Shown in pieces: positions 32,059 to 41,692 of a stretch of 64,000 nucleotides of DNA (positions are counted from its first letter, which is position 1; every line of letters begins with the position of its first letter). Under the pieces are notes generated by a model that made no database searches, was not told the DNA's origin, and saw nothing but the letters and a program-made list of their open reading frames with translations. Source of the stretch: an uncultured Clostridium sp. (GTDB taxonomy: Bacteria > Bacillota > Clostridia > TANB77 > CAG-508); NCBI GenBank assembly GCA_900553125.1, contig USCB01000007.1, forward strand, positions 508 to 64,507, read 5' to 3'. The position numbers and the translations under genes were made by a program.

Positions 32059-34473
32059 ATGGAAGAAGAAAATAAAAGGAAATTAATAGAAAAGATTATA
32101 AAAGAGCAAGACTTGGTGTCATTATATGCATTTAATCACCATAATAAATCATTAGGGCTTTTACAAGGATATGGTAATGGGATTTATTATAGTGGATTAT
32201 ATAGATTTATTTTAGAAAATCCTGAAATTATGGATAATTTTTCTATTAAAAATTTATATACATTATTAGCAAAATCTAGTAAAGATGAAGATAAAAAAAT
32301 CATAAATGAAAAAATAGCTGAAAAAAATAAAAGTGAAGAATTTTTTTTGGAACCTCTTGATACTGAAGGTTGGGGGATGAGTATAGTATATTCCAATATA
32401 GCATATGGAAAAATTGATGAGAATACAAGAAAACAATTTGAACCTAAGGTATTAGAGGAATTAAAAACTCTAAAAGGAACTGAATACGAAAAAATTGCAA
32501 GAAATATAAAAACATATCCAGATCTTATAAATTTTTTGAAATATTATAAAGATGGAATTTTTACACCAGAAAAAATAGAAACAATAAATAAAATGATTGA
32601 TAAAAATCCAGATGCATTAAGATATGTCAATTTTGGATTATTTCAAGACGAAATATTTGAATTAGGCTCTGATTTTTGCGAATATATATCAAAATTTCCA
32701 ACTATGAGTTATCAATTGCTTTTAATAAAAGAAAAAAATTCACAGATGTTTAGTGTAATAGCAGATAGATTGAAAAATTATGATAATATTAAAGATAATT
32801 TAAGTGAATTAGAAACTTTAATCACATATGGTGCAAGAAATGTATTTGAATTACAATCTGAGAAAATAGAAATTGATGATTTTTTAGAATGTGCCAATAG
32901 AAATTCTAAAGATTTTGGATTAATTAATGTTAGTTATGGAAATCAATATCAAAAAAGGTTAGAAGAAAAACTAAAAACAGAATATGATAAAACAGAAACC
33001 ATAGAAGATAAATTAAATGTATATATGAATAAAGTATATTCAATATCACTAAATGGAGCTAGAGGATTATTAAAAGATTTTGGAGAAGATTTAGAAAACT
33101 TAGAAAATCTATCAGATGATACAAAACATTTTTTTTATGAATTAAGTAATAGTGTAGAATTAGATGATGAAACACAAATAAATGAGTTATTTAATAATTC
33201 AACAAAAAGATATTCGACTGTTCAAATAGAAAAAATGAAATCTGAGATAAAGAAAGAGTGTGCAAGAGAATTTTCGGAGGAATTTAGAAATACTGATAAG
33301 AAAATACAACAAAAATTACAGAAAAATATAGATGTAACAGAAATTGAATATAATAACAAAAAAATTAAACAAATAAAATTAAATGGAAATTTTAATTTAT
33401 TGTTTCATAGTACAGATGCAGAATTTATTAATGCTAAGAATGTACCAGAAAATTTTAAAGAAGAATGGAAAGTAGGAAAAAACAAAAATAATCATATAAT
33501 TTCTACAACTTGTGCAAATCAAGATTTTTTAGGTATGGCACCAGTTGAGAAAAATGGAGTGAGATATGTTTTTTCAAAAGTTAAAAGAGATAACATAAGA
33601 TTAATGGGAATTTCAGACATAAATACACTTTCTAATAATTTCGCATATGATTCCCATACTAGAAAATATATGTCAACAAAAGCATTGTCATATAACTCAA
33701 GAAGAGTTTATAGTGAGTTTGGAATCGAAAGAGATGGAGTTATCCCTGATTATGTTGCTATTTGTGATGACGATTTACCAGAGGTGATAGAAAATTCATA
33801 TAAAGCAGCAGCACAATTTGATATTCCTATTTTGTATATAGATAAATCAGAAATAGAGAAGGAACAAATAGAAAAGCTTGAAAATTTATTAGAGAAATTT
33901 AATGATACTAAAGATACAAATACATTACAAAAATTATTGAATACATACGAAACAAATGTTGCAGGATGGTTATTAAATAGAAGTGAGGATTTAGATAAAG
34001 ATGATTCACACACAGCAAAAATTAATAATTCAAGATTTAAGGAAGATTTTGAAAAAATTCAAGTTAAAATTGAAAACACAGTAAAAGAATTTTTAGAGGA
34101 AAAAGGCAAAAAAATACAATCTGAAAAAGAAATAATGGAAGTAATGACAATACTATTAAGGGAAATTGAATTATATGATGGCTGTGAGGAAATTACCCCT
34201 ATAAGTAAGACTAAAATAAGTTACAATGCTAAAGGATTATTACAAGAGGCAAACAAATCACTTCATAAGATTGGAAAAGATGAATTAAAGGTAAATTTAG
34301 ACGAACATCCTTCTAGTAAAAAATATGAGCTTAAAATTCAACAATTGGTCAAAAACGCACTTAGTGGGAAAGATGCACTTACAATAGAAGACATTTACAA
34401 AGCTAAAAAAATGCAAGAAAAGGCAAAAGAAGAAATATTGAGTGAAAATAGGAGAGGTGGAGATGAAAAATAG
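32059..34473 (+). CDS. Hypothetical protein, 804 aa, no recognisable domain
   Basis: Uninterrupted ORF with RBS gaagagg. Confidence 0.6.
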   Translation: MEEENKRKLIEKIIKEQDLVSLYAFNHHNKSLGLLQGYGNGIYYSGLYRFILENPEIMDNFSIKNLYTLLAKSSKDEDKKIINEKIAEKNKSEEFFLEPLDTEGWGMSIVYSNIAYGKIDENTRKQFEPKVLEELKTLKGTEYEKIARNIKTYPDLINFLKYYKDGIFTPEKIETINKMIDKNPDALRYVNFGLFQDEIFELGSDFCEYISKFPTMSYQLLLIKEKNSQMFSVIADRLKNYDNIKDNLSELETLITYGARNVFELQSEKIEIDDFLECANRNSKDFGLINVSYGNQYQKRLEEKLKTEYDKTETIEDKLNVYMNKVYSISLNGARGLLKDFGEDLENLENLSDDTKHFFYELSNSVELDDETQINELFNNSTKRYSTVQIEKMKSEIKKECAREFSEEFRNTDKKIQQKLQKNIDVTEIEYNNKKIKQIKLNGNFNLLFHSTDAEFINAKNVPENFKEEWKVGKNKNNHIISTTCANQDFLGMAPVEKNGVRYVFSKVKRDNIRLMGISDINTLSNNFAYDSHTRKYMSTKALSYNSRRVYSEFGIERDGVIPDYVAICDDDLPEVIENSYKAAAQFDIPILYIDKSEIEKEQIEKLENLLEKFNDTKDTNTLQKLLNTYETNVAGWLLNRSEDLDKDDSHTAKINNSRFKEDFEKIQVKIENTVKEFLEEKGKKIQSEKEIMEVMTILLREIELYDGCEEITPISKTKISYNAKGLLQEANKSLHKIGKDELKVNLDEHPSSKKYELKIQQLVKNALSGKDALTIEDIYKAKKMQEKAKEEILSENRRGGDEK

Positions 34474-34888
34474 TTTTTCTAAGGCATGTACAGAAACTCT
34501 AGAAATTTTAAAGTATTTACCAGAAAACGAATATGAAAAAATACCTAAAGAAGAGATTGAATTTTTAGAAAGTCAGAAAGATTCAACATATAAATTTTAT
34601 GTTGATAAATCACTTCAGTTACAAGAAATGAATATATCTAAAGAAACAAATGCAATTATCGTAATGTTATGGGAGAAATATTTTGCAAGTCAAAATGAAA
34701 AGGAAAGATTATATAAAATTTTAAAACAGAACTATGAAATTACAGAAACACGAAAAAAAGAAATGTATAATTATGATAATATTTTTAAGGAAAGGAAAAA
34801 AGAAAGCACAGAATTAATTGAAGTAAAAAAAGAAACTTGGTATGAAAAAATACGTATGTTTTTTAGTAAAATTATAAAAAATTTCTGA
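34463..34888 (+). CDS. Hypothetical protein, 141 aa, translationally coupled to the 804-aa ORF
   Basis: RBS ggagaggtggag + ATG 34463, overlapping the upstream stop by 11 nt. Confidence 0.55.
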   Translation: MKNSFSKACTETLEILKYLPENEYEKIPKEEIEFLESQKDSTYKFYVDKSLQLQEMNISKETNAIIVMLWEKYFASQNEKERLYKILKQNYEITETRKKEMYNYDNIFKERKKESTELIEVKKETWYEKIRMFFSKIIKNF

Positions 34889-34939
34889 TTGGGGACGGTT
34901 CCTTTTCCGAAAAGGAACCGTCCCCAATCAGAAATTTTT
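34876..34939. repeat. REP-like palindrome spanning the stop codon
   Basis: aaaaatttctgattggggacggttcctttt-ccg-aaaaggaaccgtccccaatcagaaattttt. Confidence 0.9.
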
Positions 34940-34995
34940 ATTGTAAACCATAAATTTTTATGTTACAATAAAAGCGAAAAAGAAAGGAACTCAGA

Positions 34996-37218
34996 ATGAT
35001 AGCAGAAATAATAATAGATAGCAAAGCAAAAAGCCTAAACAGAAAATTTGACTACGAAATACCACAAGAGTTAGAAGATATAGTAGATGTAGGAAGTAGA
35101 GTTCTAATACCATTTGGAAACTTCAAAACACTAGAACAAGGCTATATTATAAAAATAAAAGAAAAAACTGAATATAAAGTAAAGCCAATAGCAGGACTAG
35201 AAGAAAATTTACCACCGGAAAAAATAACATTAGCAAGGTGGATGGCTAGAAAATACTTTTGTAATGTATCTGAATGTATTAAATTAATGCTAACACCAGG
35301 GACTAAAGCTAAAAATAAAGATGATAGAGTACAAGATAAAAATATAAATTTTGTATACTTAAACATTCCGTATGAAGAAATCAACGTAAATGAACTAAAA
35401 GGAGAAAAACAAAAAAAGTTAGTAGAATTTATAAAAAATAATGAGGGACTAACAATACCAGAAATAGAAAATTTTGCAGAAATTTCAAGAAGTACGGTTA
35501 ATTCTTTAGTGAAAAAAGAGATTCTAAAGATAGTAAATAAAAAGATTGATAGAAATCCATTGATAAATAAAAAGGTAAATAATAACAAAAAGCTAGAATT
35601 TACAAATGAGCAGAAACAAGCATATTTAAAAGTATCACAAGCAATGGAAGAAAATAGATTTGAAGAATTTTTGCTATATGGAATAACAGGTTCTGGAAAA
35701 ACAGAAGTATATTTACAATTAATAGAAAAAGCTTTAAATGAAAATAAATCATCAATCTGTTTGGTACCTGAGATATCGTTAACCCCACAAATGTTAGATA
35801 GATTTATAGGAAGATTTGGAAAAGAAAAAATTGCAGTATTACATAGCAAATTATCAATAGGAGAAAGACATGATGAATGGGAAAGGATAAAAAAAGATGA
35901 GGCTAAAATTGTAATAGGTGCAAGGTCAGCTATATTTGCACCATGTAATGATTTAGGACTAATAATAATTGATGAAGAACATGATAGTTCATATAAATCT
36001 GAAGCAAGCCCGAGATATTCGGCAAAAGAGGTAGCCTACGAAATTGCAAAAGAACAAAAAATTCCATTAATACTAGGAAGTGCAACACCAGATTTAAGAA
36101 CATTTTATAAGGCACAAAAACAAGAAATATCAACATTAAGATTAACAAAAAGAGCAAATAACTCTAATTTACCAGAAGTTCAAATTGTAGACTTAAAAAT
36201 GGAATTGGCAACTGGAAATAGGTCGATGATAAGTAATTTATTGTATTCAGAAATAGAAAAAAATTTAAAAGAAAAAAGACAGACAATACTATTTTTAAAT
36301 AGAAGAGGATATTCAACATTTATAATGTGTAGAGATTGTGGATATACTCTAAAATGCCCAAATTGCAATATAAGTTTAACATATCATATAACTAAAAATA
36401 TATTAAAATGTCACTATTGTGGACATACAGAAAGACCAATAAGCATCTGCCCAGAATGTAAAAGTACAAAAATAAGATATTTTGGAACAGGAACACAAAA
36501 ACTAGAACAAGAAATAAACAAGTTATTTCCAAATGCATCAACTATTAGAATGGATGTTGATACAGTAACTAAAAAGAATTCACATGAAGAGATTTTAAGA
36601 AAATTTAAAGATGAAAATATAGATATTTTAATAGGAACACAAATGGTAGTAAAAGGGCATCATTTTCCAAAAGTTACATTAGTTGGAGTAATTGCAGCAG
36701 ATGGCTCTTTAAATCAAGATGATTATAGAGCAAATGAAAGAACGTTCCAAATACTTACACAAGTTGCAGGAAGAGCGGGACGTGAGAATTTGCCGGGAAA
36801 AGTTGTAATACAAACATATAATCCAGATAGTTTTCCAATTGAATATTCAAAAACACAAGATTATGATTTATTTTATGATACAGAAATCAAACTAAGAAAA
36901 CAGTTGAAATATCCACCATTTTGCGATATAATATTAATTGGATTTTCAGGAGATAGTCAAAAGGAAATTGAAGATATAAGTTTGTATATGTTTAATATGT
37001 TAAAGACAAGCCTAGAAAAATATCAAATAAATGTGTTTCAGCCTATGCCAGCACCTATTGATAAAATTCAAAATAAAATTAGATGGAGAATTATTGCAAA
37101 AGGTGTTGTAAATGAGGATGTTACAATTATTTTGAATAAATGTTTACAAAATGTGTATGGGATGAATTTGAAACATACTAAGGTTAGTGTGGATGTTAAT
37201 CCTAATAATATGATGTAG
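34996..37218 (+). CDS. priA: Primosomal replication-restart helicase PriA
   Basis: GITGSGKT, IIIDEEHD and a Cys-rich zinc module CRDCG..CPNC..CHYCG..CPEC. Confidence 0.95.
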   Translation: MIAEIIIDSKAKSLNRKFDYEIPQELEDIVDVGSRVLIPFGNFKTLEQGYIIKIKEKTEYKVKPIAGLEENLPPEKITLARWMARKYFCNVSECIKLMLTPGTKAKNKDDRVQDKNINFVYLNIPYEEINVNELKGEKQKKLVEFIKNNEGLTIPEIENFAEISRSTVNSLVKKEILKIVNKKIDRNPLINKKVNNNKKLEFTNEQKQAYLKVSQAMEENRFEEFLLYGITGSGKTEVYLQLIEKALNENKSSICLVPEISLTPQMLDRFIGRFGKEKIAVLHSKLSIGERHDEWERIKKDEAKIVIGARSAIFAPCNDLGLIIIDEEHDSSYKSEASPRYSAKEVAYEIAKEQKIPLILGSATPDLRTFYKAQKQEISTLRLTKRANNSNLPEVQIVDLKMELATGNRSMISNLLYSEIEKNLKEKRQTILFLNRRGYSTFIMCRDCGYTLKCPNCNISLTYHITKNILKCHYCGHTERPISICPECKSTKIRYFGTGTQKLEQEINKLFPNASTIRMDVDTVTKKNSHEEILRKFKDENIDILIGTQMVVKGHHFPKVTLVGVIAADGSLNQDDYRANERTFQILTQVAGRAGRENLPGKVVIQTYNPDSFPIEYSKTQDYDLFYDTEIKLRKQLKYPPFCDIILIGFSGDSQKEIEDISLYMFNMLKTSLEKYQINVFQPMPAPIDKIQNKIRWRIIAKGVVNEDVTIILNKCLQNVYGMNLKHTKVSVDVNPNNMM

Positions 37219-37219
37219 T

Positions 37220-37279
37220 GTACCATTGGGACCGGGTCTTTTTGGTACATGTTCCAAAAAGACCCGGTCCTAATGGTAC
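37220..37279. repeat. REP-like dimer (two inverted 29-nt units)
   Basis: gtaccattgggaccgggtctttttggtac atgt tccaaaaagacccggtcctaatggtac. Confidence 0.9.
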
Positions 37280-37299
37280 AAAAAGAAAGGAAGATAAGA

Positions 37300-37785
37300 A
37301 TGGCACTAAGAAAAATAAGAGAACAAGGAGACGAAATATTAAGAAAGAAATCAAGAGAAGTAAATATTGATGACATAACAGCAGAAAAGAATCAAAGTTT
37401 AATAGATGATATGTTAGAAACAATGTATCATTTTAATGGAGTTGGACTAGCTGCTGTTCAAGTTGGAATTTTAAAACAAATTATTGTAATTGATGTAGAT
37501 GATGATAAAGGTCCTTATGTTTTGATAAATCCAAAAATATTAAAAACAAAAGGTTCTAAGGAATGTGAAGAAGGTTGTTTAAGTTTTCCTAATGAATTTG
37601 GAAAAGTTGTTAGACCAACCGAAGTTGTTGTCGAGTTTTATGATAGAGAAGCTAAAAAGGTCAAATTAAAAGCAAAAGATTTATTGGCACAAGCTGTATG
37701 CCATGAGGTAGACCATTTAAATGGAGTTCTATTTGTGGATTTGGTTGAACCAGGTACTTTGGAATATGTTTCTCCAAAAGATTAA
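37300..37785 (+). CDS. def: Peptide deformylase
   Basis: GVGLAAVQVG, EGCLSFP and HEVDHLNG motifs. The start is at ATG 37300, since the ORF-track start at 37249 lies inside the REP. Confidence 0.93.
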   Translation: MALRKIREQGDEILRKKSREVNIDDITAEKNQSLIDDMLETMYHFNGVGLAAVQVGILKQIIVIDVDDDKGPYVLINPKILKTKGSKECEEGCLSFPNEFGKVVRPTEVVVEFYDREAKKVKLKAKDLLAQAVCHEVDHLNGVLFVDLVEPGTLEYVSPKD

Positions 37786-37790
37786 ATGAC

Positions 37791-37856
37791 AAATGGGACA
37801 AAAGGGACTTGGTCTTTTTTGTGCAATGGGACAGAAAAGACCCGGTCCCTTTCGGG
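37791..37856. repeat. REP-like dimer (degenerate)
   Basis: aaatgggacaaaagggacttggtcttttttgtgc aatgggacagaaaagacccggtccctttcggg. Confidence 0.75.
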
Positions 37857-37869
37857 AAAGGAAAGAAAA

Positions 37870-38841
37870 ATGAATATAATTTTTATGGGAACGCCAGATT
37901 TTGCGGCTGAATCTCTAAAAGCAATTATCGAAAAAGGCCATAACATAATGGCTGTTGTAACAAATCCAGATAGACCAAAAGGCCGTGGGATGAAAATGCT
38001 TGCTACACCTGTAAAGGAAGTTGCTATCGAAAAAAATATACCAGTATATCAACCATTAAAGGTAAGAGGAAATGATGATTTTATAGAAACACTAAAAGGA
38101 CTAAATCCAGATGTTATATGTGTTGTGGCATACGGAAAAATTTTGCCAAAAGAAATTTTAGATATTCCAAAGTATGGCTGCATAAATGTACATGCATCAC
38201 TTCTTCCAAAATACAGAGGTGCAGCACCTATTCAGTGGGCTGTGCTTAATGGAGATAAGACAACTGGTGTTACTACAATGTATATGGATATAGGCATGGA
38301 TACTGGTGATATGATTTTAAAGGAAGAGGTTCAAATTGGGGAAGATGAAACAACAGGCGAACTTTGGGAGAGATTGTCTGTAATTGGTGGTAATCTTTTA
38401 GTTAGAACTTTGGACGAAATTGAAAATGGTACGGTAAAGAGAATTCCACAAGGCGAGGACTTTACGGTTGCTCCTATGCTTTCTAAGGATATGGCTAAAA
38501 TTGATTGGCAAAGTAAGAATGCTAGAGAAATTAAAAATCTTGTTAGAGGTTTAAATCCTATTATGGGAGCTTATTCTTTGTTTGATGGTAAGAAGATTAA
38601 ATTTTGGAAAGTTAGGGCTTTTGATGAGGATGATGTAGAACTTGGAAAGGTTTTAGGTAATATGGATTTTAGTGATAAGGAAGCTGGAGATGTACTTTTG
38701 GCTGATAGTAAGAAGGGATTGTTTATTAAAACTATTGATGGTGTGATTTCAGTGGGGGAAATTCAAGGTGAGAATGCTAAGAGAATGAATGTAGGAGATT
38801 TTTTGAGAGGATTTTCTATTGAGGACGGTTCTTTTTGCTAA
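37870..38841 (+). CDS. fmt: Methionyl-tRNA formyltransferase
   Basis: MNIIFMGTPDFA and HASLLPKYRGAAPIQWA motifs. Confidence 0.93.
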   Translation: MNIIFMGTPDFAAESLKAIIEKGHNIMAVVTNPDRPKGRGMKMLATPVKEVAIEKNIPVYQPLKVRGNDDFIETLKGLNPDVICVVAYGKILPKEILDIPKYGCINVHASLLPKYRGAAPIQWAVLNGDKTTGVTTMYMDIGMDTGDMILKEEVQIGEDETTGELWERLSVIGGNLLVRTLDEIENGTVKRIPQGEDFTVAPMLSKDMAKIDWQSKNAREIKNLVRGLNPIMGAYSLFDGKKIKFWKVRAFDEDDVELGKVLGNMDFSDKEAGDVLLADSKKGLFIKTIDGVISVGEIQGENAKRMNVGDFLRGFSIEDGSFC

Positions 38842-38870
38842 AAAATAAATTTTAATAAATGAAAGGAGAG

Positions 38871-39233
38871 ATGATGAAAATGACGAATATTCCTCAAAAT
38901 ATAAATCAAGCATTACAAAAGTTTACATTAGAAATAAATAAAATTTTAGGAAAAAGAGTAAGGAGAATTATATTATATGGTTCATATGCTAGAGGGGATT
39001 ATAATAATAGCTCAGACATAGATATAATGATATTGACTGATTTAAGTGATGATGAAATAGATGAATATAGAAAGAAAATATCATATTTGGCTTATGATAT
39101 AGAAGAAGAAAATGATTTTGATATTATGTTATCACCACTTATAAAAAACATAGATAAATTTAATTATTGGCTAGATACATTACCTTTTTATATGAATGTA
39201 AAAAAGGAAGGAGTGGTTTTAAGTGAGTCCTAA
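38871..39233 (+). CDS. Nucleotidyltransferase (MNT) domain protein, antitoxin-like partner of HEPN
   Basis: GSYARGDY..SSDIDIMI (GSx10DxD) motif. In-frame ATGs occur at 38859/38871/38874/38880, so the start is uncertain. Confidence 0.8.
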   Translation: MMKMTNIPQNINQALQKFTLEINKILGKRVRRIILYGSYARGDYNNSSDIDIMILTDLSDDEIDEYRKKISYLAYDIEEENDFDIMLSPLIKNIDKFNYWLDTLPFYMNVKKEGVVLSES

Positions 39234-39621
39234 AATTTCAAAAGATTTATCTATCCATAGGTTAGAACAAGCTAAAGAGAATATTGAAGAAGCGGAAATT
39301 TTATTTAAAATGAACAAATTTAAAGGTGCAAATAATCGTGCGTATTATTCAATATTTCATAGTATTAAAGCAGTGTTAGCTTTAGAGCCAATAGATTTTA
39401 AAAGACATAAAGATATTATTGCATATTTTAATAAAAACTATGTGCGTACAGAAATCTTTCCAAGATATATAGGACATAAAATTGCAGAAGCTAGTACAAT
39501 AAGAGAAGATTCGGATTACGATGACGAGTTTGTTGTAAAACCTGAGACAACATTAGAGCAAATAGAAACTGCAAAAGAGTTAGTAACTTTGGTTGAGAAA
39601 TATATTGAAGGAAATTTATAA
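39223..39621 (+). CDS. HEPN domain protein (toxin-like partner)
   Basis: All-helical 132-aa ORF overlapping MNT by 11 nt (GTG start). It has the classic MNT-HEPN gene order. Confidence 0.75.
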   Translation: MSPKISKDLSIHRLEQAKENIEEAEILFKMNKFKGANNRAYYSIFHSIKAVLALEPIDFKRHKDIIAYFNKNYVRTEIFPRYIGHKIAEASTIREDSDYDDEFVVKPETTLEQIETAKELVTLVEKYIEGNL

Positions 39622-39685
39622 AAACAAGGAGAAAAAATGATAGATTTACAGTTACATACTAAGGTATAAATTGTAGGAGGTATAT

Positions 39686-40057
39686 ATGAAGTTAGATAAC
39701 TTTTACTTTGTAGTAAGTGACATAGGGAAATCAATAGAATTTTATTCAGCTTTATTAGAAAAACAACCGACTAATATAACTGGTACAAGATGGGCTGATT
39801 GGGAAAATGAAAATAATCAAATTTATTTTGGGGTAATAAGTAAAGAAGCAACGGAATGTGAATTAATAAAAGGAAATAATGGAGTTCTTGGATTATATAC
39901 TGATGATATAAATAAATCACTTGAATTATGTAGAAATCTTGGAGCGAAAATTCTTTATGAACCTGAAAAGATAGAAAATTCAAAAGATAATTATAGATGT
40001 TTTGCTATTGAGGATTATGATGGAAATAAGATTGAGATAGCGTGTTATGATAAATGA
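39686..40057 (+). CDS. VOC/glyoxalase-family small protein
   Basis: Size and pattern (FYFVVSDIGKSIEFY...DYDGNKIEI) are typical of the glyoxalase/bleomycin-resistance fold. Confidence 0.6.
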   Translation: MKLDNFYFVVSDIGKSIEFYSALLEKQPTNITGTRWADWENENNQIYFGVISKEATECELIKGNNGVLGLYTDDINKSLELCRNLGAKILYEPEKIENSKDNYRCFAIEDYDGNKIEIACYDK

Positions 40058-40277
40058 AATAGCGGATGTTTAGGTGGATTCAATAATTAACATTTGAAGA
40101 AATTGTAAATTATATTTAATAAAATATTGCCGTTTTAGTTTGTAAATAATATAAAATTTACGAGCTAAAACGGCATTTTTTTGAAAATTTTGCTAAAAGG
40201 ATTGAATATATTAAAATAACATGACACAACACAAATGTTCGTAAATACTTATAAATAAAAAATAAAGAGGTGATTAA

Positions 40278-41414
40278 ATGAAACTAGAAGAATACAAATC
40301 AGGTAAATATGTAAAAATGAATGACTACAAAGCATTTATTCCAAGCAAAATAAATTACAACTGGGGATGGGATGACACAAAATTGGACAAACTATTATCA
40401 GAGGCAAATAGACAAATTGGAGAACTAAATGCATATTCATTATTAATACCAAATGTAGATTTATATATAAAAATGCATGTAAAAATCGAAGCAAACAAAT
40501 CAAGCAGAATTGAAGGAACAAGAACAACGGTAGAAGAAGATTTGTTAGATGTAATAGACGTTAATCCAGAAAAAAGAGATGACTGGGAAGAAGTACAAAA
40601 TTATGTAAAAGCTACAAATTATGGAGTGGAAAGAATAAAAGACGGTTTTCCGGTATGTACTAGATTAATAAGAGAAATTCATGGAATATTAATGCAAGGA
40701 GTTCGTGGTGAACACAAAACGCCGGGAGAGTTTAGAACATTACAAAACTGGATTGGTGGAAGTATGCCATCAACTGCAGTTTATGTTCCACCACCACATA
40801 CAGAAATTGCAGAATGTCTATCAGATTTTGAAAAATTTATAAACAATGAAGAAATAGATACACCAGATTTAATAAAAATTGCGATTTTACATTATCAATT
40901 TGAATCAATCCATCCCTTTTTAGATGGCAATGGAAGAATTGGAAGATTACTTATTCCATTATATATTCAAAGCAAAGGAATGCTAGAAAAATCGTGTTTA
41001 TATATTTCTGATTATATTGAAAGAAATAAAAATACATATTATGATATGCTTACAAGAGTAAGAACTCATAATGATATGATAGGGTGGATTAAATTTTTCT
41101 TAGAAACGGTTATTGAGACATCAAAAACAGCGAAAGAAAAGTTTAGAAAAGTGGTTGAACTAACTATTGAAATGGATAAAGTTATAGTGAATTTACCGGT
41201 AAAATCGGACAATGTAAAGAAAGTAATAGATGTATTATATAATGAACCTGTAATTAATAGAAAAAAATTATGTGACTTGACTGAAATAAAAGAAGGTACA
41301 GTAAAAAATATTATTAATTGCTTACTAGAAAAAAATATCATTGTAGAAACAACCGGATATAGTAGAAATCAAATTTTTACTTTTCAAAAGTATACAGAGT
41401 TATTTTTAAAATAA
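40278..41414 (+). CDS. Fic family protein (AMPylase-type) with a C-terminal wHTH-like region
   Basis: Canonical HPFLDGNGRIGR (HxFx[DE]GNGRxxR) motif. Confidence 0.9.
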   Translation: MKLEEYKSGKYVKMNDYKAFIPSKINYNWGWDDTKLDKLLSEANRQIGELNAYSLLIPNVDLYIKMHVKIEANKSSRIEGTRTTVEEDLLDVIDVNPEKRDDWEEVQNYVKATNYGVERIKDGFPVCTRLIREIHGILMQGVRGEHKTPGEFRTLQNWIGGSMPSTAVYVPPPHTEIAECLSDFEKFINNEEIDTPDLIKIAILHYQFESIHPFLDGNGRIGRLLIPLYIQSKGMLEKSCLYISDYIERNKNTYYDMLTRVRTHNDMIGWIKFFLETVIETSKTAKEKFRKVVELTIEMDKVIVNLPVKSDNVKKVIDVLYNEPVINRKKLCDLTEIKEGTVKNIINCLLEKNIIVETTGYSRNQIFTFQKYTELFLK

Positions 41415-41415
41415 A

Positions 41416-41525
41416 ATTTATAGGTCAAAAAAATTGACTTATAAAAATTTATAGGTCAAAAAAAATAAAATTTTTGACCTATAGATTATTATAAGTCAAA
41501 AAATCAAAAAAATTTGATTTATAAA
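41416..41525. repeat. Array of six 13-15-nt TTATA(G/A)GTCAAAAA-like motifs in alternating orientation
   Basis: Motifs are tttataggtcaaaaaaa, ttgacttataaaaa, tttataggtcaaaaaaaa, tttttgacctataga, ttataagtcaaaaaa and tttgatttataaaa. Confidence 0.7.
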
Positions 41526-41566
41526 ATTTTATGAAAACATAAATTTAAATAAAAAAGCAAAAAAGC

Positions 41567-41660
41567 TTGACAAATAAGCAAAAAAAGTGTAAACTATATT
41601 CGTATTACAGATATAGCTTAAAAAATATCTGTTACTAACCAAAAAGTAACAGAATTTTTT
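41567..41660 (+). promoter_or_regulatory. TTGACA-N17-TAAACT promoter followed by overlapping hairpins ending in an intrinsic terminator (leader/attenuator or short RNA)
   Basis: Hairpin 1 is acagatat/atatctgt (41607-41632). Hairpin 2 is ctgttact/agtaacag (41629-41652) followed by aatttttt. The arms share ctgt. Confidence 0.45.
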
Positions 41661-41692
41661 ATGCCCAAAACCATATAGAAAGAAGGATAAAA

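Noticed and set aside
41530-41692. Possible SRP (4.5S/scRNA) gene next to ffh.
   Set aside because: The conserved SRP RNA domain IV features (symmetric/asymmetric loops, GNAR tetraloop context) are not recognisable. The element is better described as a leader or short RNA.
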